DNA of 64,000 nucleotides from Candidatus Bathyarchaeota archaeon (lineage in GTDB: Archaea; Thermoproteota; Bathyarchaeia; Bathyarchaeales; Bathycorpusculaceae): positions 1-64,000 of the forward strand of contig CAVYXJ010000009.1 in the NCBI GenBank assembly GCA_963772455.1, given 5' to 3'. The notes beneath the pieces were generated by a model, which saw nothing but the letters and a program-made list of their open reading frames with translations, did no database searches and was not told the origin of the DNA. A program made the position numbers and the translations under genes. Every line of letters begins with the position of its first letter. Position 1 is the first letter of the stretch. Positions 1 to 10,029 of this stretch are shown in pieces.

Positions 1-218
1 AAAAGGAAATTTGGAAATAATAGGGAAAATGAGTTGAAGAAGTACGCAACGAAAAAACTTTTTGATTTGTACAAATTAAATGATTAATAATCGCACTATG
101 TCAAAAATTAACCTTAATTACCTTACATATTTTCAAGTTTTAGAGTAAAACACATGCAATTGGAAGTTGAGTACATCTATATACTGCGAGTTCAATTAGA
201 CAGATAGTAAGTGAAAAT

Positions 219-761
219 ATGCCTAACCCTCACAGAATAACTGTGGCATTTGATTCAACTACAACGGGCTTGTTGGAAAAGATAAGCAAAGAAGCTGAAC
301 TTTCTCAGAGTGAAATAATGAGAAGAGCTATAAAATTTTATGATGAGAATAAAGCGATTACAGATCCAAACACCAAGAGGAAGGTTCGACTTTACTTAGA
401 AATGCTATCAAAGGGGGAACATATAATTCTAGACGTAGACCATTGGCTACTGTTTCTCTCTCTTGCGGAAACATGTGAAAACAGCGAAAATTTTTGGAAC
501 CAACACCGTCAAATTGCCAGATTACATAGTGAACAACTTGGAACAAAAATCCATACTGCTGAGGACATCTTAATGCGTCTTGAAACTTGCAACTTCTTCA
601 GATTAGTAAAAAACTCAGAAAAAGACTTCACGTTAGTTCTCGGATCAGACTTGCCGAGAAAATTCATAAAGATGTTCCTTGAAGAGTACTTTTCAGCAAT
701 TGGTATTAAAGCTGAAATCAAAGAGAACTTGGCAAAACTGACGGTAACTGTTCAGAGATAA
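219..761 (+). CDS. Ribbon-helix-helix (CopG family) transcriptional regulator with C-terminal extension
   Basis: N-terminus RITVAFD...LLEKISKEAELSQSEIMRRAIKFY fits the RHH pattern; 180 aa ORF. Confidence 0.75.
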   Translation: MPNPHRITVAFDSTTTGLLEKISKEAELSQSEIMRRAIKFYDENKAITDPNTKRKVRLYLEMLSKGEHIILDVDHWLLFLSLAETCENSENFWNQHRQIARLHSEQLGTKIHTAEDILMRLETCNFFRLVKNSEKDFTLVLGSDLPRKFIKMFLEEYFSAIGIKAEIKENLAKLTVTVQR

Positions 762-1578
762 ACGATAATGAACTCTTATAAGATTACACCAAGAAAAAAA
801 GAAGTATCTATTTTAGCATGAATACAGTGAAGTAAAAAAAAGCAAGGTTCCAAATGTGCCTTGTAAATTTGTTAATTAATGGTTTTTGTTTTTTTCGGAA
901 AGGGATTGTAGCCTTATTGTATAGACGAAGTTTTGCTTCTTCACTAGTCAAAACCATTTGCTGATTTCTTTAAGTCTTCGAATACCCCTTGGAAGGTATA
1001 GAAACTTTTCTTTCCAAACAAATTCCGTTCTGGCTAATCTAAAACAATCCAGTAATTAAATTTGTTGACGTCGTAGCACAAGTGGAAGTTTCAAACTTCA
1101 TGATGAACCTTATATGCAACCTGCAGTAAACGATTTACACGACAAAGCTCAGGATAAATTTTTTTATATTCTTCCGATGAATAGTAGTCTATTTGACTTG
1201 GATAGTTTTTTGCCTGAAAAGCAATGTATTTCAATGCTTCTTGTATGTTTTTAAATTCCATGTTTCTCATCTTCGCTAATTAATAGAAGCAAAAAAAGAT
1301 TTCTTGTTTAATTGTTGGTTTTGAATCTAGTCTGATGCTATACAATACAAATGCGAATGAAACCACGATTGTCGCTATTGAAACTATCTCAATTATTCCA
1401 AACATATGTTCACCTTTTTAATTAATAGTTAGTTATATGCCCAGTATAATATAAATATAGTTGTGTTTTGTTCATAACTTTTCATAAATGTTAAACATAC
1501 GTCTAAACAACACTTATAAATAAAGAAGGAGCAGTCATTATTTATAAAGCAGAGAAATAAAAAAAGGAGTTAAGAAAT

Positions 1579-1815
1579 TTGAAAGCCTACATATTATTAA
1601 GCACCAAACCAGGCACGTCATTAGAAGTCGTTGAAAAAATAAAGGAAAAAGTCAAAGAAACGATAATTGCAGACGCAATCTTTGGCAGATATGATGCAAT
1701 CATAGTATTAGAAGCACCAGTGCTTGAAGACATAAACAAAGTAGTATACAAAATAATCGAAAAAGACCCAAACGTGATCAGAACCGAAACTTCCATTGTG
1801 CTATCACCGATGTAG
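1579..1815 (+). CDS. Stand-alone Lrp/AsnC ligand-binding (RAM) domain protein
   Basis: MKAYILL..KPG....V...I....A.AIFGRYDAII.LE...L.......I...PNVIRTETSIV is the typical demi-FFRP pattern; GGAG SD upstream. Confidence 0.85.
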   Translation: MKAYILLSTKPGTSLEVVEKIKEKVKETIIADAIFGRYDAIIVLEAPVLEDINKVVYKIIEKDPNVIRTETSIVLSPM

Positions 1816-1948
1816 CGGCAAGATAGACAGCCATCGTAAAACCTTCTAAACCATTTTTTATTTCTTTTAACGGCTAGCCGACAAAGGATGTAAGATTTCG
1901 AGAACAAACCCACAGTATCTTACAAAAAGTATCTCGAGGAATAAATAA

Positions 1949-3457
1949 ATGACCACTAACCAACAAAACGCACCCGCACCAACAATGAAGAAAACCCTAA
2001 GCCTTTCAGGATTAACCATCAACGCTATGGCATTAATCGCACCAGGAGCATTTCTCTGGCTCACTTTCCAATTACAAGCTGCTCAAGTAGACCCCGCCGG
2101 AGTCTCCACAGCCCCCGACATATGGACAGGTCTAGCCCTCGCATTACTATTGTCTTTCTTGACTGCCGCTAGCTACTCATGGCTATCCCGCCGTTATCCA
2201 GACGCTGGCGCAGGCAGCTCATACTACTTTGCACAACGTGCTTTACTTGACAGAGGCAGCAGTAACAAAACTGCCCGAAACGCAAAATTCATCGTTGGCT
2301 GGCTTTCACACCTCTACTACTGGGTATACCCAGGTGTTATGGTGGGAATGATGGGCTTCTTCATAACCTATATACTATCGACAGTTGGCATCATAATAGC
2401 TCCCTTAACCCAAGTTGCAATTGTAGTTGCGTTCGCTGTAATAGTAGGTTTTATAGCTTTCAGAGGAATCAACGGTTCCACACGAACAAATCTCATGATC
2501 AACATAGCGCAAATCGGCATGCTTGTCGGCGTAACAGGTATTGCTCTTGCCTATCGCTTCATAAACCCCGATCATTTGACTTACGCCTTTTCAAACCCTG
2601 CAGGACCTCTAATACCTAGTAATGCAAGCCACATGCTCTTTCAGGCAACCATTGCAATACTTGTTCTAGTCGGCTTCGAATCCGTAACTGCATTTACTGG
2701 TGAAGCGAAAAATCCAAAAGATGTCCCAAAGGCCATTATGCTCTCGCTTGCCATTCAAGGTCTATTCTGCTATCTACTAGGATTCTACGGTGTACAAGCA
2801 TGGATGAACTCAAAGTACGGATTTACCGCGGCAGCCGCTTCCAACTCTCCAATAGGCGACATGATTATCCAGTCCGTTAACGGATTGTTTGGCGGAGGCG
2901 GCTTTATCGTTATGATTGTGGTTGCTGCGATTGTTGCAACAGCAATACTGGGCACAACTCTGTCCTGCATGAACACCGGTGTAAGAGTAACATATGCAAT
3001 TAGCCGCGATACAGAGGTTCCTGAACCACTCGGAAAACTCAACCTAAGATACGGTACTCCTGCAATCGGTGTATGGGTGATGACCATCGTCACAGCTGCA
3101 ATAGGTGCCTTCGGAGTTCTATCTCTAACAAACCTTACTGCAATAACACTACTGTCTAACTTTGGGACATTCCTACTTTACGGTGTAACTTGCATAATAG
3201 CGATCTATGCACTCGCTCGAGAAAAACGCTCAGTCTTAACTAAATACGTTATTCCTATCGCAGGTTTTGTGGCTAACGTGATCATGCTAATTGCGGTTGT
3301 CTGGCTGGGTGTGATTGGTGGAGGTAGCACGCAAACGGCAGCTTTAATGGCAATAGGAATAACGGCAGTATGGATGGTCGTGGGACTTGGATATTTCGCT
3401 CTAAACTCAAAAAGCAAAGAGTCCGGTATATTCCCCTTCCCAGGCAAAGAAACCTAA
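1949..3457 (+). CDS. APC-superfamily amino acid permease
   Basis: About 12 hydrophobic segments; PDAGAGSSYYF, VGFESVTAFTGEAKNP and RVTYAISRD motifs. Confidence 0.9.
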   Translation: MTTNQQNAPAPTMKKTLSLSGLTINAMALIAPGAFLWLTFQLQAAQVDPAGVSTAPDIWTGLALALLLSFLTAASYSWLSRRYPDAGAGSSYYFAQRALLDRGSSNKTARNAKFIVGWLSHLYYWVYPGVMVGMMGFFITYILSTVGIIIAPLTQVAIVVAFAVIVGFIAFRGINGSTRTNLMINIAQIGMLVGVTGIALAYRFINPDHLTYAFSNPAGPLIPSNASHMLFQATIAILVLVGFESVTAFTGEAKNPKDVPKAIMLSLAIQGLFCYLLGFYGVQAWMNSKYGFTAAAASNSPIGDMIIQSVNGLFGGGGFIVMIVVAAIVATAILGTTLSCMNTGVRVTYAISRDTEVPEPLGKLNLRYGTPAIGVWVMTIVTAAIGAFGVLSLTNLTAITLLSNFGTFLLYGVTCIIAIYALAREKRSVLTKYVIPIAGFVANVIMLIAVVWLGVIGGGSTQTAALMAIGITAVWMVVGLGYFALNSKSKESGIFPFPGKET

Positions 3458-3487
3458 ATGACAACAGACGTGATGAACTCAAATCCG

Positions 3488-3620
3488 TGACCCTCAAACA
3501 CATTGGCAAAAAAGCTGACATTAGAAGTTATTGATCCCACCAACTAAAACAATAATTCGTCAAGAGTAGAAGAAGTGTGAAAAATTTGCTCTTCTTCTTC
3601 TCTTAAATATTATTTCTTAC
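3488..3620 (+). repeat. Copy 1 of dispersed vapC-3'-end/hairpin element (PIN gene remnant)
   Basis: Near-identical to 5142-5253 and similar to 31831-31968; encodes LAKKLTLEVIDPTN*, matching the C-terminus of the PIN protein at 31446-31910. Confidence 0.85.
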
Positions 3621-3793
3621 TGCAACCCTGCAACCGATAGACAATATTTTTCAAGAGCTTTATCCTCAAGAAAACTGCAATGGCACCAAGATCGAGAGAA
3701 AAAAACTATCTCACTTTCGAATGAACTCAAATCCTCCAGTCACCACAAATTCTTTATACTTTAACCACTCCTTGAATATTTAGGTGAAAACTA

Positions 3794-4027
3794 ATGGAAG
3801 TGGAAGTTAAAACCGTTGATACCCAAGGGCGAATCATGCTCCCAAAAATATGGAGAGACAGGTATCTTAAAGACAAAAAGGCTGTTGTCTCTCAAAAAGG
3901 CGATATAATTGAGATCAGACCGCTCACAGATATTGACTTAACAAAATACTTCGATTCAATCGAAATTGATTTAGAAGCTGACCTTTCCGATTGGCACAAA
4001 GTTCGCGAAGAACTTCGGAGAAAATAA
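3794..4027 (+). CDS. AbrB/MazE/SpoVT-family antitoxin
   Basis: VKTVDTQGRIMLPK.WR motif; stop abuts the PIN gene. Confidence 0.85.
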   Translation: MEVEVKTVDTQGRIMLPKIWRDRYLKDKKAVVSQKGDIIEIRPLTDIDLTKYFDSIEIDLEADLSDWHKVREELRRK

Positions 4028-4028
4028 G

Positions 4029-4454
4029 TTGCCAATAGCTTTCGTAGACACAAACGTCTTTGTATACGCTCTGTTGAAGCCCACAAGGAAACTTCAACAA
4101 CATGAGATAAAAGCCAAAGAAGCAGCAAAACAAATTATAAGCAGAATAAACGACGGCGAAGAAGTAGCCTGCTCAGTTGTCCACTTCAGCGAGATATGCA
4201 ACATCATAGAATACTATTTGCCATTTGAAGAAGCACTTACACTTGAAAAAGGCTTGCTACTTCGAGAAAACATTCAGATCTGCGAGGTAACACAAGACGA
4301 CTACCTGAACGCAGTTTCAATTTCAGAACAGCACCCAGTAGGATTGAACGACGCATTGGCATACGTGCTCATGAAAAAAACAGCAATAACGAAAATTTAC
4401 TCTTTTGACAAACATTTCGACTGCTTTCCCGAAATACACCGCATAACAGAATAA
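4029..4454 (+). CDS. vapC: VapC/PIN-domain toxin
   Basis: FVDTNVFVY, SEI, LNDAL, IYSFDKHFD acidic PIN motifs. Confidence 0.9.
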   Translation: MPIAFVDTNVFVYALLKPTRKLQQHEIKAKEAAKQIISRINDGEEVACSVVHFSEICNIIEYYLPFEEALTLEKGLLLRENIQICEVTQDDYLNAVSISEQHPVGLNDALAYVLMKKTAITKIYSFDKHFDCFPEIHRITE

Positions 4455-4556
4455 CGCCTTCTGTCGTGCAAGTGTTCAGCGATAATAAAGAAGAAAAATG
4501 AAAAAACGCGCTTTTTCTACCAGTTAACCACTTGTCTCTTAACTTTTTTTCTTTTT

Positions 4557-5031
4557 TTAATTAAATTGAAAAAATTTCTTTACATCATCAACAGCATAAC
4601 ACGTAACAGCCTTCATTTCGCCATCGTGAAAAATCCTACATCTAACCTTATCGCGAATTACCTTCACTTGTTCCCCTGTAAGGTTGAAATGAACCTTAAG
4701 AAATTTTAGGGAAGCATATTCCACGTTGTTATATTCGTGGTAGCTATCAAGATAATATTTATCATAACTCAAACAAAACACCTTTGCTCTTTGTGTACCA
4801 GCAAGATAGTTAGCATGATGCTTCTATACTCATTGGTCGGGGTTTTCAATTCTTAGATAGATTTTTCAGAAATTCGCTAATAACGATTGTTGGAAGAATA
4901 CCTTCTTTGCGGTAGTTCAAAATGAACCCCTTCAAGTCATTAAAATCACGGTAGGCGCGTTTAATGTGCAGGGTAGCGGCGGAGCATCTTATTGCCTTAA
5001 GATGATTTAACAGAGCAAAAGGAAATACCAT
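4557..5031 (-). pseudogene. Possible degraded gene remnant of unknown function (two short ORFs)
   Basis: Two protein-like short ORFs (4846-5031, 4557-4781) on the same strand, separated by stops/frameshifts, lying between two TA modules. Confidence 0.3.
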
Positions 5032-5141
5032 AGAGGAAGGTAAGCATTCTTGTTTTCGAAGGAAAACCTATTCTTGGTCATTTTAAAATTTGCCCCTTTA
5101 CAAAGGGGTGAAAATTAACATGTATCATAGACTAGATTCAT

Positions 5142-5253
5142 TGACCCTCAAACACGTTTGGCAAAAAAAACTGGAATTAGAAGTTATTGATCCCACCAAC
5201 TAAAACAATAATTCGTCAAGAGTAGAGGAAGTGTGAAAAATTTGCTCTTCTTC
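5142..5253 (+). repeat. Copy 2 of dispersed vapC-3'-end/hairpin element
   Basis: tgaccctcaaacac...gaagttattgatcccaccaactaaaacaataattcgtcaagagtagaggaagtgtgaaaaatttgctcttcttc matches 3488-3600. Confidence 0.85.
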
Positions 5254-5316
5254 ATGCACTATTAGTAAAAAGATATCTTTTTTAAGTAAGAAAGTAAGAT
5301 ATTATTCGGTAATCTA

Positions 5317-5634
5317 ATGTCTCGGAGCGAAAAAGCTGAACTAACCATTCTCAGCGAAAAAGGTCAAGTTGTAATACCAGCAAAAATAAGGTTACACATG
5401 GGCTTAAAACCCAAAACTAAATTCCTTGTTTATGAATGCGACGACTCAGTTATACTAAAGAAGCTTATAGAACCTGACTTCTCAAAAGAGCTGCAAGACA
5501 TGTATAAAAGAGTCGATGAAAAAATCGCAAAATATGGCGAACTGTCAAACGAGGAAATAAACGAAATAATCCACGAGCACAGGCAAAGGAAAAGACCTTC
5601 AAAGAGCCAAACCAAGAATGAAAGTAGTCCTTGA
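5317..5634 (+). CDS. AbrB/MazE/SpoVT-family antitoxin
   Basis: LSEKGQVVIPAKIR.HMGLKPKTKF motif; overlaps the downstream PIN gene. Confidence 0.88.
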   Translation: MSRSEKAELTILSEKGQVVIPAKIRLHMGLKPKTKFLVYECDDSVILKKLIEPDFSKELQDMYKRVDEKIAKYGELSNEEINEIIHEHRQRKRPSKSQTKNESSP

Positions 5635-6025
5635 CACAAACATCTTGGTTTCAGCCTTAATAAAGGCGGGTAAACCACGTGACCTCTTTAATAGATTAGT
5701 AAAAGATAAACAGATAGTTTTATCCAGAGCTATCCTCGAAGAATTCCTTGAGGTAATAGAAGACCCCAAGATAACAAAGTATGCAAGTGAAAAGGAAATA
5801 ACCGTCTTTCTTAACACGCTGAAGAATGCCGCCAGGATAGTGCAAGTGATATCTAAATTCAAGGCAGTTAAGGAAGATCCTGATGATGACGCTATCGTGC
5901 AAGCGGCCTACGATAGCAAAGCTAACTACATTATTTCGGGTGATAGACATCTACTCGCATTGAAACATTTCAAGGAGATAAGAATCCTAACTGTTGATGA
6001 AATGCTAAATGCACTAAGCAATTAG
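5618..6025 (+). CDS. vapC: PIN-domain putative toxin (TIGR00305-like)
   Basis: MKVVLDTNILVSAL, EDPDDD, YIISGDRHLL. Confidence 0.9.
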   Translation: MKVVLDTNILVSALIKAGKPRDLFNRLVKDKQIVLSRAILEEFLEVIEDPKITKYASEKEITVFLNTLKNAARIVQVISKFKAVKEDPDDDAIVQAAYDSKANYIISGDRHLLALKHFKEIRILTVDEMLNALSN

Positions 6026-6310
6026 AGAGTACATTTTTCTAACCTCATTTTTATTTCGGTCCTGTTTGATAACTTGGGAAATTTTTCAGGCATTGTATTT
6101 ACTTTGAGAGCATAAGAATCATATAACTTGGGAACTCAGGAACAAACCTTTCCCCAAAAAGATTCGTTTGCGTTAAGAAAAAAAATGAATTGGGAATAAT
6201 AGGGTTTGCTGAGGCTCTGGACTAAATTTGGAGAAAAGAGCAATGCAAATGCTCTATGGCTACTGTTGTGAATCTTAACCAGAGCCTACTCAGCCCACAT
6301 TTTTCTCCAA

Positions 6311-6342
6311 TCATTTTTTTGAGACTAAAAAAGGGGAAAGAT
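6311..6342 (-). terminator. Conserved 3' element/U-rich terminator of PQQ-like gene 1
   Basis: Minus strand atctttccccttttttagtctcaaaaaaatga, almost identical to 15423-15453 downstream of PQQ-like gene 2. Confidence 0.6.
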
Positions 6343-6360
6343 AGTTTTTGTTTGAAATTT

Positions 6361-8961
6361 TTACGGACGTTTCTTTAGCAGCAATAATGCTAACAGGGCA
6401 AATCCAATGATCATTGCAACTATTATGCCCACAACTGCCGGAACAAAATACATGTCAGCAGAAGATTGAACAGGAGTTGCAGTTGGCGCTGGAGTTGCGT
6501 GTTCGCTAATTGCGGTGAAAGATGTTTCAGCGGAAGAACCAAAGTAAGCCTTTGAACCTGCAAATGATGCGTAGACCACGAAATCACCTGAAATATCCGG
6601 CATCCATGTTAAAGAAAACATGCCGCTTGCATCGCTTGTAGCCGTGCCAACATTTCTAAGGTTGCCATTAGAGTCGCGTACAGCGATTGAAACTGGGACA
6701 CCGATTACATCGCTCGGCTTCAATTGATCTTCGTAGACATATGCCATGAAATCGCCCATGTTTGCGTCAGAAACAACTGGAACACCGTTAGGGAATCTTG
6801 ATGCTTGCTCATTTTGTTTTGTGCCGGCTGAAATGTCTGTGATTGTACCTCTTATTACTAAAGGTGTACCTACAGTTGTTGCAGTATTAGGCGCCGTAAC
6901 AGTTAATTGGCTAGGTCCTTTTCCAACAATGTATATTTGACCATCATAACAGTTGTACATTGCTCCGTAGCCATCAGCGACAGGGAAAGATTGCATAGAG
7001 TTTCCAAGTCCACAACCAGACCAATCAAGCAGCGTCCAAAGTAATTCTCCAGTGGTAGCGTTGAGAGCACGAGTCAGTTCTCCACTATAAAGCGGGTTTG
7101 TTGGCGAATGTTCACCGGAAAAAGTGTAGACAACTCCGTCAGCAAAAGCAGCAACGTGAAGTGGATACAAACCCCAAGGTCCATTGTTCGCCATATTTGT
7201 TGAGTTCCCTGGTGCGTCTCCGTTACCGAATGTCCATTGTAGAGATCCATCTAGCATTGAATAGGCTTGGACTACTCCACCTAAACCTGAAACGTAAAAG
7301 TTCCCGTTGTATGGCACACCGTTTCTAGAGCTGAAGTATTGGAATCCAGGTTGTTCACCAAGTGGGCCCCAAAGTTTTTCTCCTGTGGTAAGGCTATAGC
7401 CTAAACGTTGGCCGGTTTCAGCGATTGTCATAGCAAATGTGAGAGTGGTTGGATCTATTGGATACGTAGCGAACATTTGTGTTTGATTGTTTGGAGGCGC
7501 TGCGTAAGCTTTCTTCCATAAAAGGTTACCTTCTGTTGCTGGATCGTCACTTAAACCCCAAATTGTCCATGGATTATCGTTCGGTCTAGGCTGCGAAGTT
7601 GTTGCAAGACTGCTGCTGGCGCCAAGTATTACGTCTCCAGGAACAATACCGATGATACTTGGATTGGAACTGCCTGTCAAATCTGCAGTTATTGTTTTGT
7701 TCCAACTAATAGCAGTGCTTGAATTACCAGCAAAAGTACGTAAAGGAGGTGACCATGTATCTGAGTTACCGCTGATTAATCTAGTTGCGTTCCATAAAGC
7801 TAACCAACCAGTTTTTGATGTTTGGTTATAGTTGAACAAATATATGCCTATGGTGCCATCGTTGAATCTCACTTGGGTGCCTGAAGGAACATTCGTTATG
7901 TTAAAAATCGATTTTCCATCGAATGCATTGTATCCATACCATGTTGAACCGGATGCTTGCCATAGTTGAGCGCCGCCGGGTCCATAGCCGTTAGGTGTTT
8001 TGAAGTTGAAGAGCGTCGCGAAGGTTGGATATATATTATCATTGTGCCAAATTTCTTGTCCAGTCAACAAATCTACTGCAACTTCTCCTCCACCACTACC
8101 AGAATACCCTAAGGGTTTTTGGTAATAGAGGACTCCGTTGATAATCATTGGGTTCACGAATCTAATGTTGTATGCCATTCCTGAGTAGAATGATTGAGTA
8201 ACGTCAGCTTCTTGTGTGGGTTGTTGTATTGAATTGCCAGTTGAGCCGCCGAACTCGATAGGTTTGGTCCACATTATGTGCGAAGTTAGAGGTGTAGCGC
8301 CGTTATATTGTATATAGCTTTGAGGTAGTGACATCAAACCTGAAGATTGTGCACTTCCACCTAGCCAGTTTGATGCGATAGCTAAATTGTTTTCACTGTT
8401 TTGGTTCTGATTTATTGGGCGAGCCCAGTATTCAGTGGGAAGCGGATTTTGTGAAAGCGAGGCTATTGGTTCTTCTTGCACTGTCCATAAGTATGATGCG
8501 TTAGCAGGTGCATAATAGTCTCCTTGATATGCGCCGCCAAAATCGTATACTTGACCTGGAAAGAGGAACGTTATATTGTAGGTGCCTACTTGGGTAGGTG
8601 TGTAAGCCAAGGATTGCGCTGATGTTGAGTCAACTACATTAGGGAAATCATATGTTTGTTTTGTGCCATCGGGTGCGGTAACGATAAAGCGGTAGTCATG
8701 AAATCGGATGTTATTTGTTATCAATACTCCATTTATTACGTAATTGAGCCAGCCGTAAATGAGTCCTGTCTGACCAACACCGATTGGCGTGGGTGTCGCA
8801 TAGGCATAAGCAACTGGAGTTATTATCCATGGTGGAGAGTGTGCACTAGCAGTTGGTGAAGGTGTAATTAAAGGTCCACTCATTGAGATTATTAGAAGCA
8901 AAGTTATCAAAATAGCCATTGTTTTATTTTTATTCGTTTGCATTTTTTCTTTATTCTCCAT
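6361..8961 (-). CDS. Membrane-anchored PQQ-like beta-propeller surface protein, paralog 1 (866 aa)
   Basis: Signal peptide, PTPIGVGQ, LPTEYWARPI, repeated A.D..TG...W blades, GEHS, C-terminal Ig-like domain, P/T linker, TM + KKRP. Confidence 0.85.
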   Translation of the reverse strand: MENKEKMQTNKNKTMAILITLLLIISMSGPLITPSPTASAHSPPWIITPVAYAYATPTPIGVGQTGLIYGWLNYVINGVLITNNIRFHDYRFIVTAPDGTKQTYDFPNVVDSTSAQSLAYTPTQVGTYNITFLFPGQVYDFGGAYQGDYYAPANASYLWTVQEEPIASLSQNPLPTEYWARPINQNQNSENNLAIASNWLGGSAQSSGLMSLPQSYIQYNGATPLTSHIMWTKPIEFGGSTGNSIQQPTQEADVTQSFYSGMAYNIRFVNPMIINGVLYYQKPLGYSGSGGGEVAVDLLTGQEIWHNDNIYPTFATLFNFKTPNGYGPGGAQLWQASGSTWYGYNAFDGKSIFNITNVPSGTQVRFNDGTIGIYLFNYNQTSKTGWLALWNATRLISGNSDTWSPPLRTFAGNSSTAISWNKTITADLTGSSNPSIIGIVPGDVILGASSSLATTSQPRPNDNPWTIWGLSDDPATEGNLLWKKAYAAPPNNQTQMFATYPIDPTTLTFAMTIAETGQRLGYSLTTGEKLWGPLGEQPGFQYFSSRNGVPYNGNFYVSGLGGVVQAYSMLDGSLQWTFGNGDAPGNSTNMANNGPWGLYPLHVAAFADGVVYTFSGEHSPTNPLYSGELTRALNATTGELLWTLLDWSGCGLGNSMQSFPVADGYGAMYNCYDGQIYIVGKGPSQLTVTAPNTATTVGTPLVIRGTITDISAGTKQNEQASRFPNGVPVVSDANMGDFMAYVYEDQLKPSDVIGVPVSIAVRDSNGNLRNVGTATSDASGMFSLTWMPDISGDFVVYASFAGSKAYFGSSAETSFTAISEHATPAPTATPVQSSADMYFVPAVVGIIVAMIIGFALLALLLLKKRP

Positions 8962-9174
8962 TTTTTTGCCGTAAGAGTCAAGATTTTACAAAAACGCTCT
9001 TACTGCAAGTCTTCAACTGATAACACCGTTATATTAATGTTGTCGCCAAAAGATGTTTAGAAAAGCGTTTGTACAGTTAGCTGAGTCCACGCTCTCCTTC
9101 AAACACTCAGACCACCTATATCTGAAAGTTAATTCTTAATCCTTAAACGAAATGATAAAATCAGCAATTAGGCT

Positions 9175-9591
9175 TTAGGGTGTAATGACTTCTAATTCAG
9201 AAATTCTGCTGAAGTGCGCTTGGTTGCGTGTGGCGACACTGCATTCCCGCGTTAGAGCGATGGCAGAAACAAGAGTGTCTCTTAGTCCAATCGGTTGCCC
9301 TTGACGCTCTAATTGTGCGTATATGTGGCCTGCTTTTTGGGCAGCTTTTAAAGTAAACGGAAGAATAATTAACCTGCTTGTGAGTATTTGGATTGCTTGA
9401 AGATTTTTTTCGCTTTCCTGAGATTTATGCGCGCCATGATGGAGTTCAAAAACATTAATTGTGGTAGTTGCCAAAACATAGTTTTTTTCCTCCAGCTTGG
9501 CAACGAAGACTGTTGCTCGTTTCTGATTTCTTAGCAGATCAATTAAGAGGTCGGTATCAATTACTGTTTTTAAGGTTTCCATGTTTCCCAT
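9175..9591 (-). CDS. vapC: VapC/PIN-domain toxin (likely start 9582)
   Basis: VIDTDLLID, FEL, IGLRDTLVSAIA, TRNQAHFSRI. Confidence 0.9.
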   Translation of the reverse strand: MGNMETLKTVIDTDLLIDLLRNQKRATVFVAKLEEKNYVLATTTINVFELHHGAHKSQESEKNLQAIQILTSRLIILPFTLKAAQKAGHIYAQLERQGQPIGLRDTLVSAIALTRECSVATRNQAHFSRISELEVITP

Positions 9592-9818
9592 GCCTTGGCA
9601 ATTGAAGTCTTGATTTCTTCTGCTTCAGAGTCACTCATAATCCATGAACCCGCTAAATCCGAAATCTTTTTTCCTTTTCTACTTCGCCGTATCAGATATT
9701 TCATCGCTTCATCCATCGATACAGGTCGTTTTTTTTTGATCTGTAATTCGCCTGCGATAGCACTTAATTCGGAATATGTTTCTTTGCTAATTTTCACTGC
9801 TTTAAGCTCAGCAGTCAC
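9570..9818 (-). CDS. vapB: VapB-type antitoxin
   Basis: KAVKISKETYSEL...SMDEAMKYLI, DLAGSW; overlaps the vapC start. Confidence 0.8.
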   Translation of the reverse strand: MTAELKAVKISKETYSELSAIAGELQIKKKRPVSMDEAMKYLIRRSRKGKKISDLAGSWIMSDSEAEEIKTSIAKAWETWKP

Positions 9819-10029
9819 ATCACGTCACCGGTGGTAAAAGTAGTATTAACCCACTTATTAACCCACGGGGTACTTCATTTTTCCCCGGACAGGGCTCGTG
9901 CGGTTAAGCGATTAAAAATCTTCTTAAGCATTCACTTTGTGACCCTTTTCAAGGGGTTGACAGTAATTCACTAACCAAAAATATTTAGTGATAATTCATA
10001 ACGCTTTTACCTAAACTTCTGTTCTATTC

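Noticed and set aside
870-1110. Protein-like fragments on the minus strand of the long intergenic region
   Set aside because: There are multiple stops and no recognisable family; they may be a decayed gene but cannot be supported.
4449-4530. TAAC after the vapC stop and a later GTTAAC as an integron attC site
   Set aside because: The R'' box does not fit RYYYAAC, there is no convincing L-box pairing, and no IntI or cassette array was seen.
6361-8961. Calling the propeller proteins PQQ-dependent alcohol dehydrogenases
   Set aside because: Only generic blade motifs are visible; there is no vicinal Cys-Cys or other quinoprotein active-site signature, and no pqq genes in the window.
9880-9965. 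GC-richer patch with a small hairpin as a tRNA or ncRNA
   Set aside because: No cloverleaf or T-loop consensus could be built.
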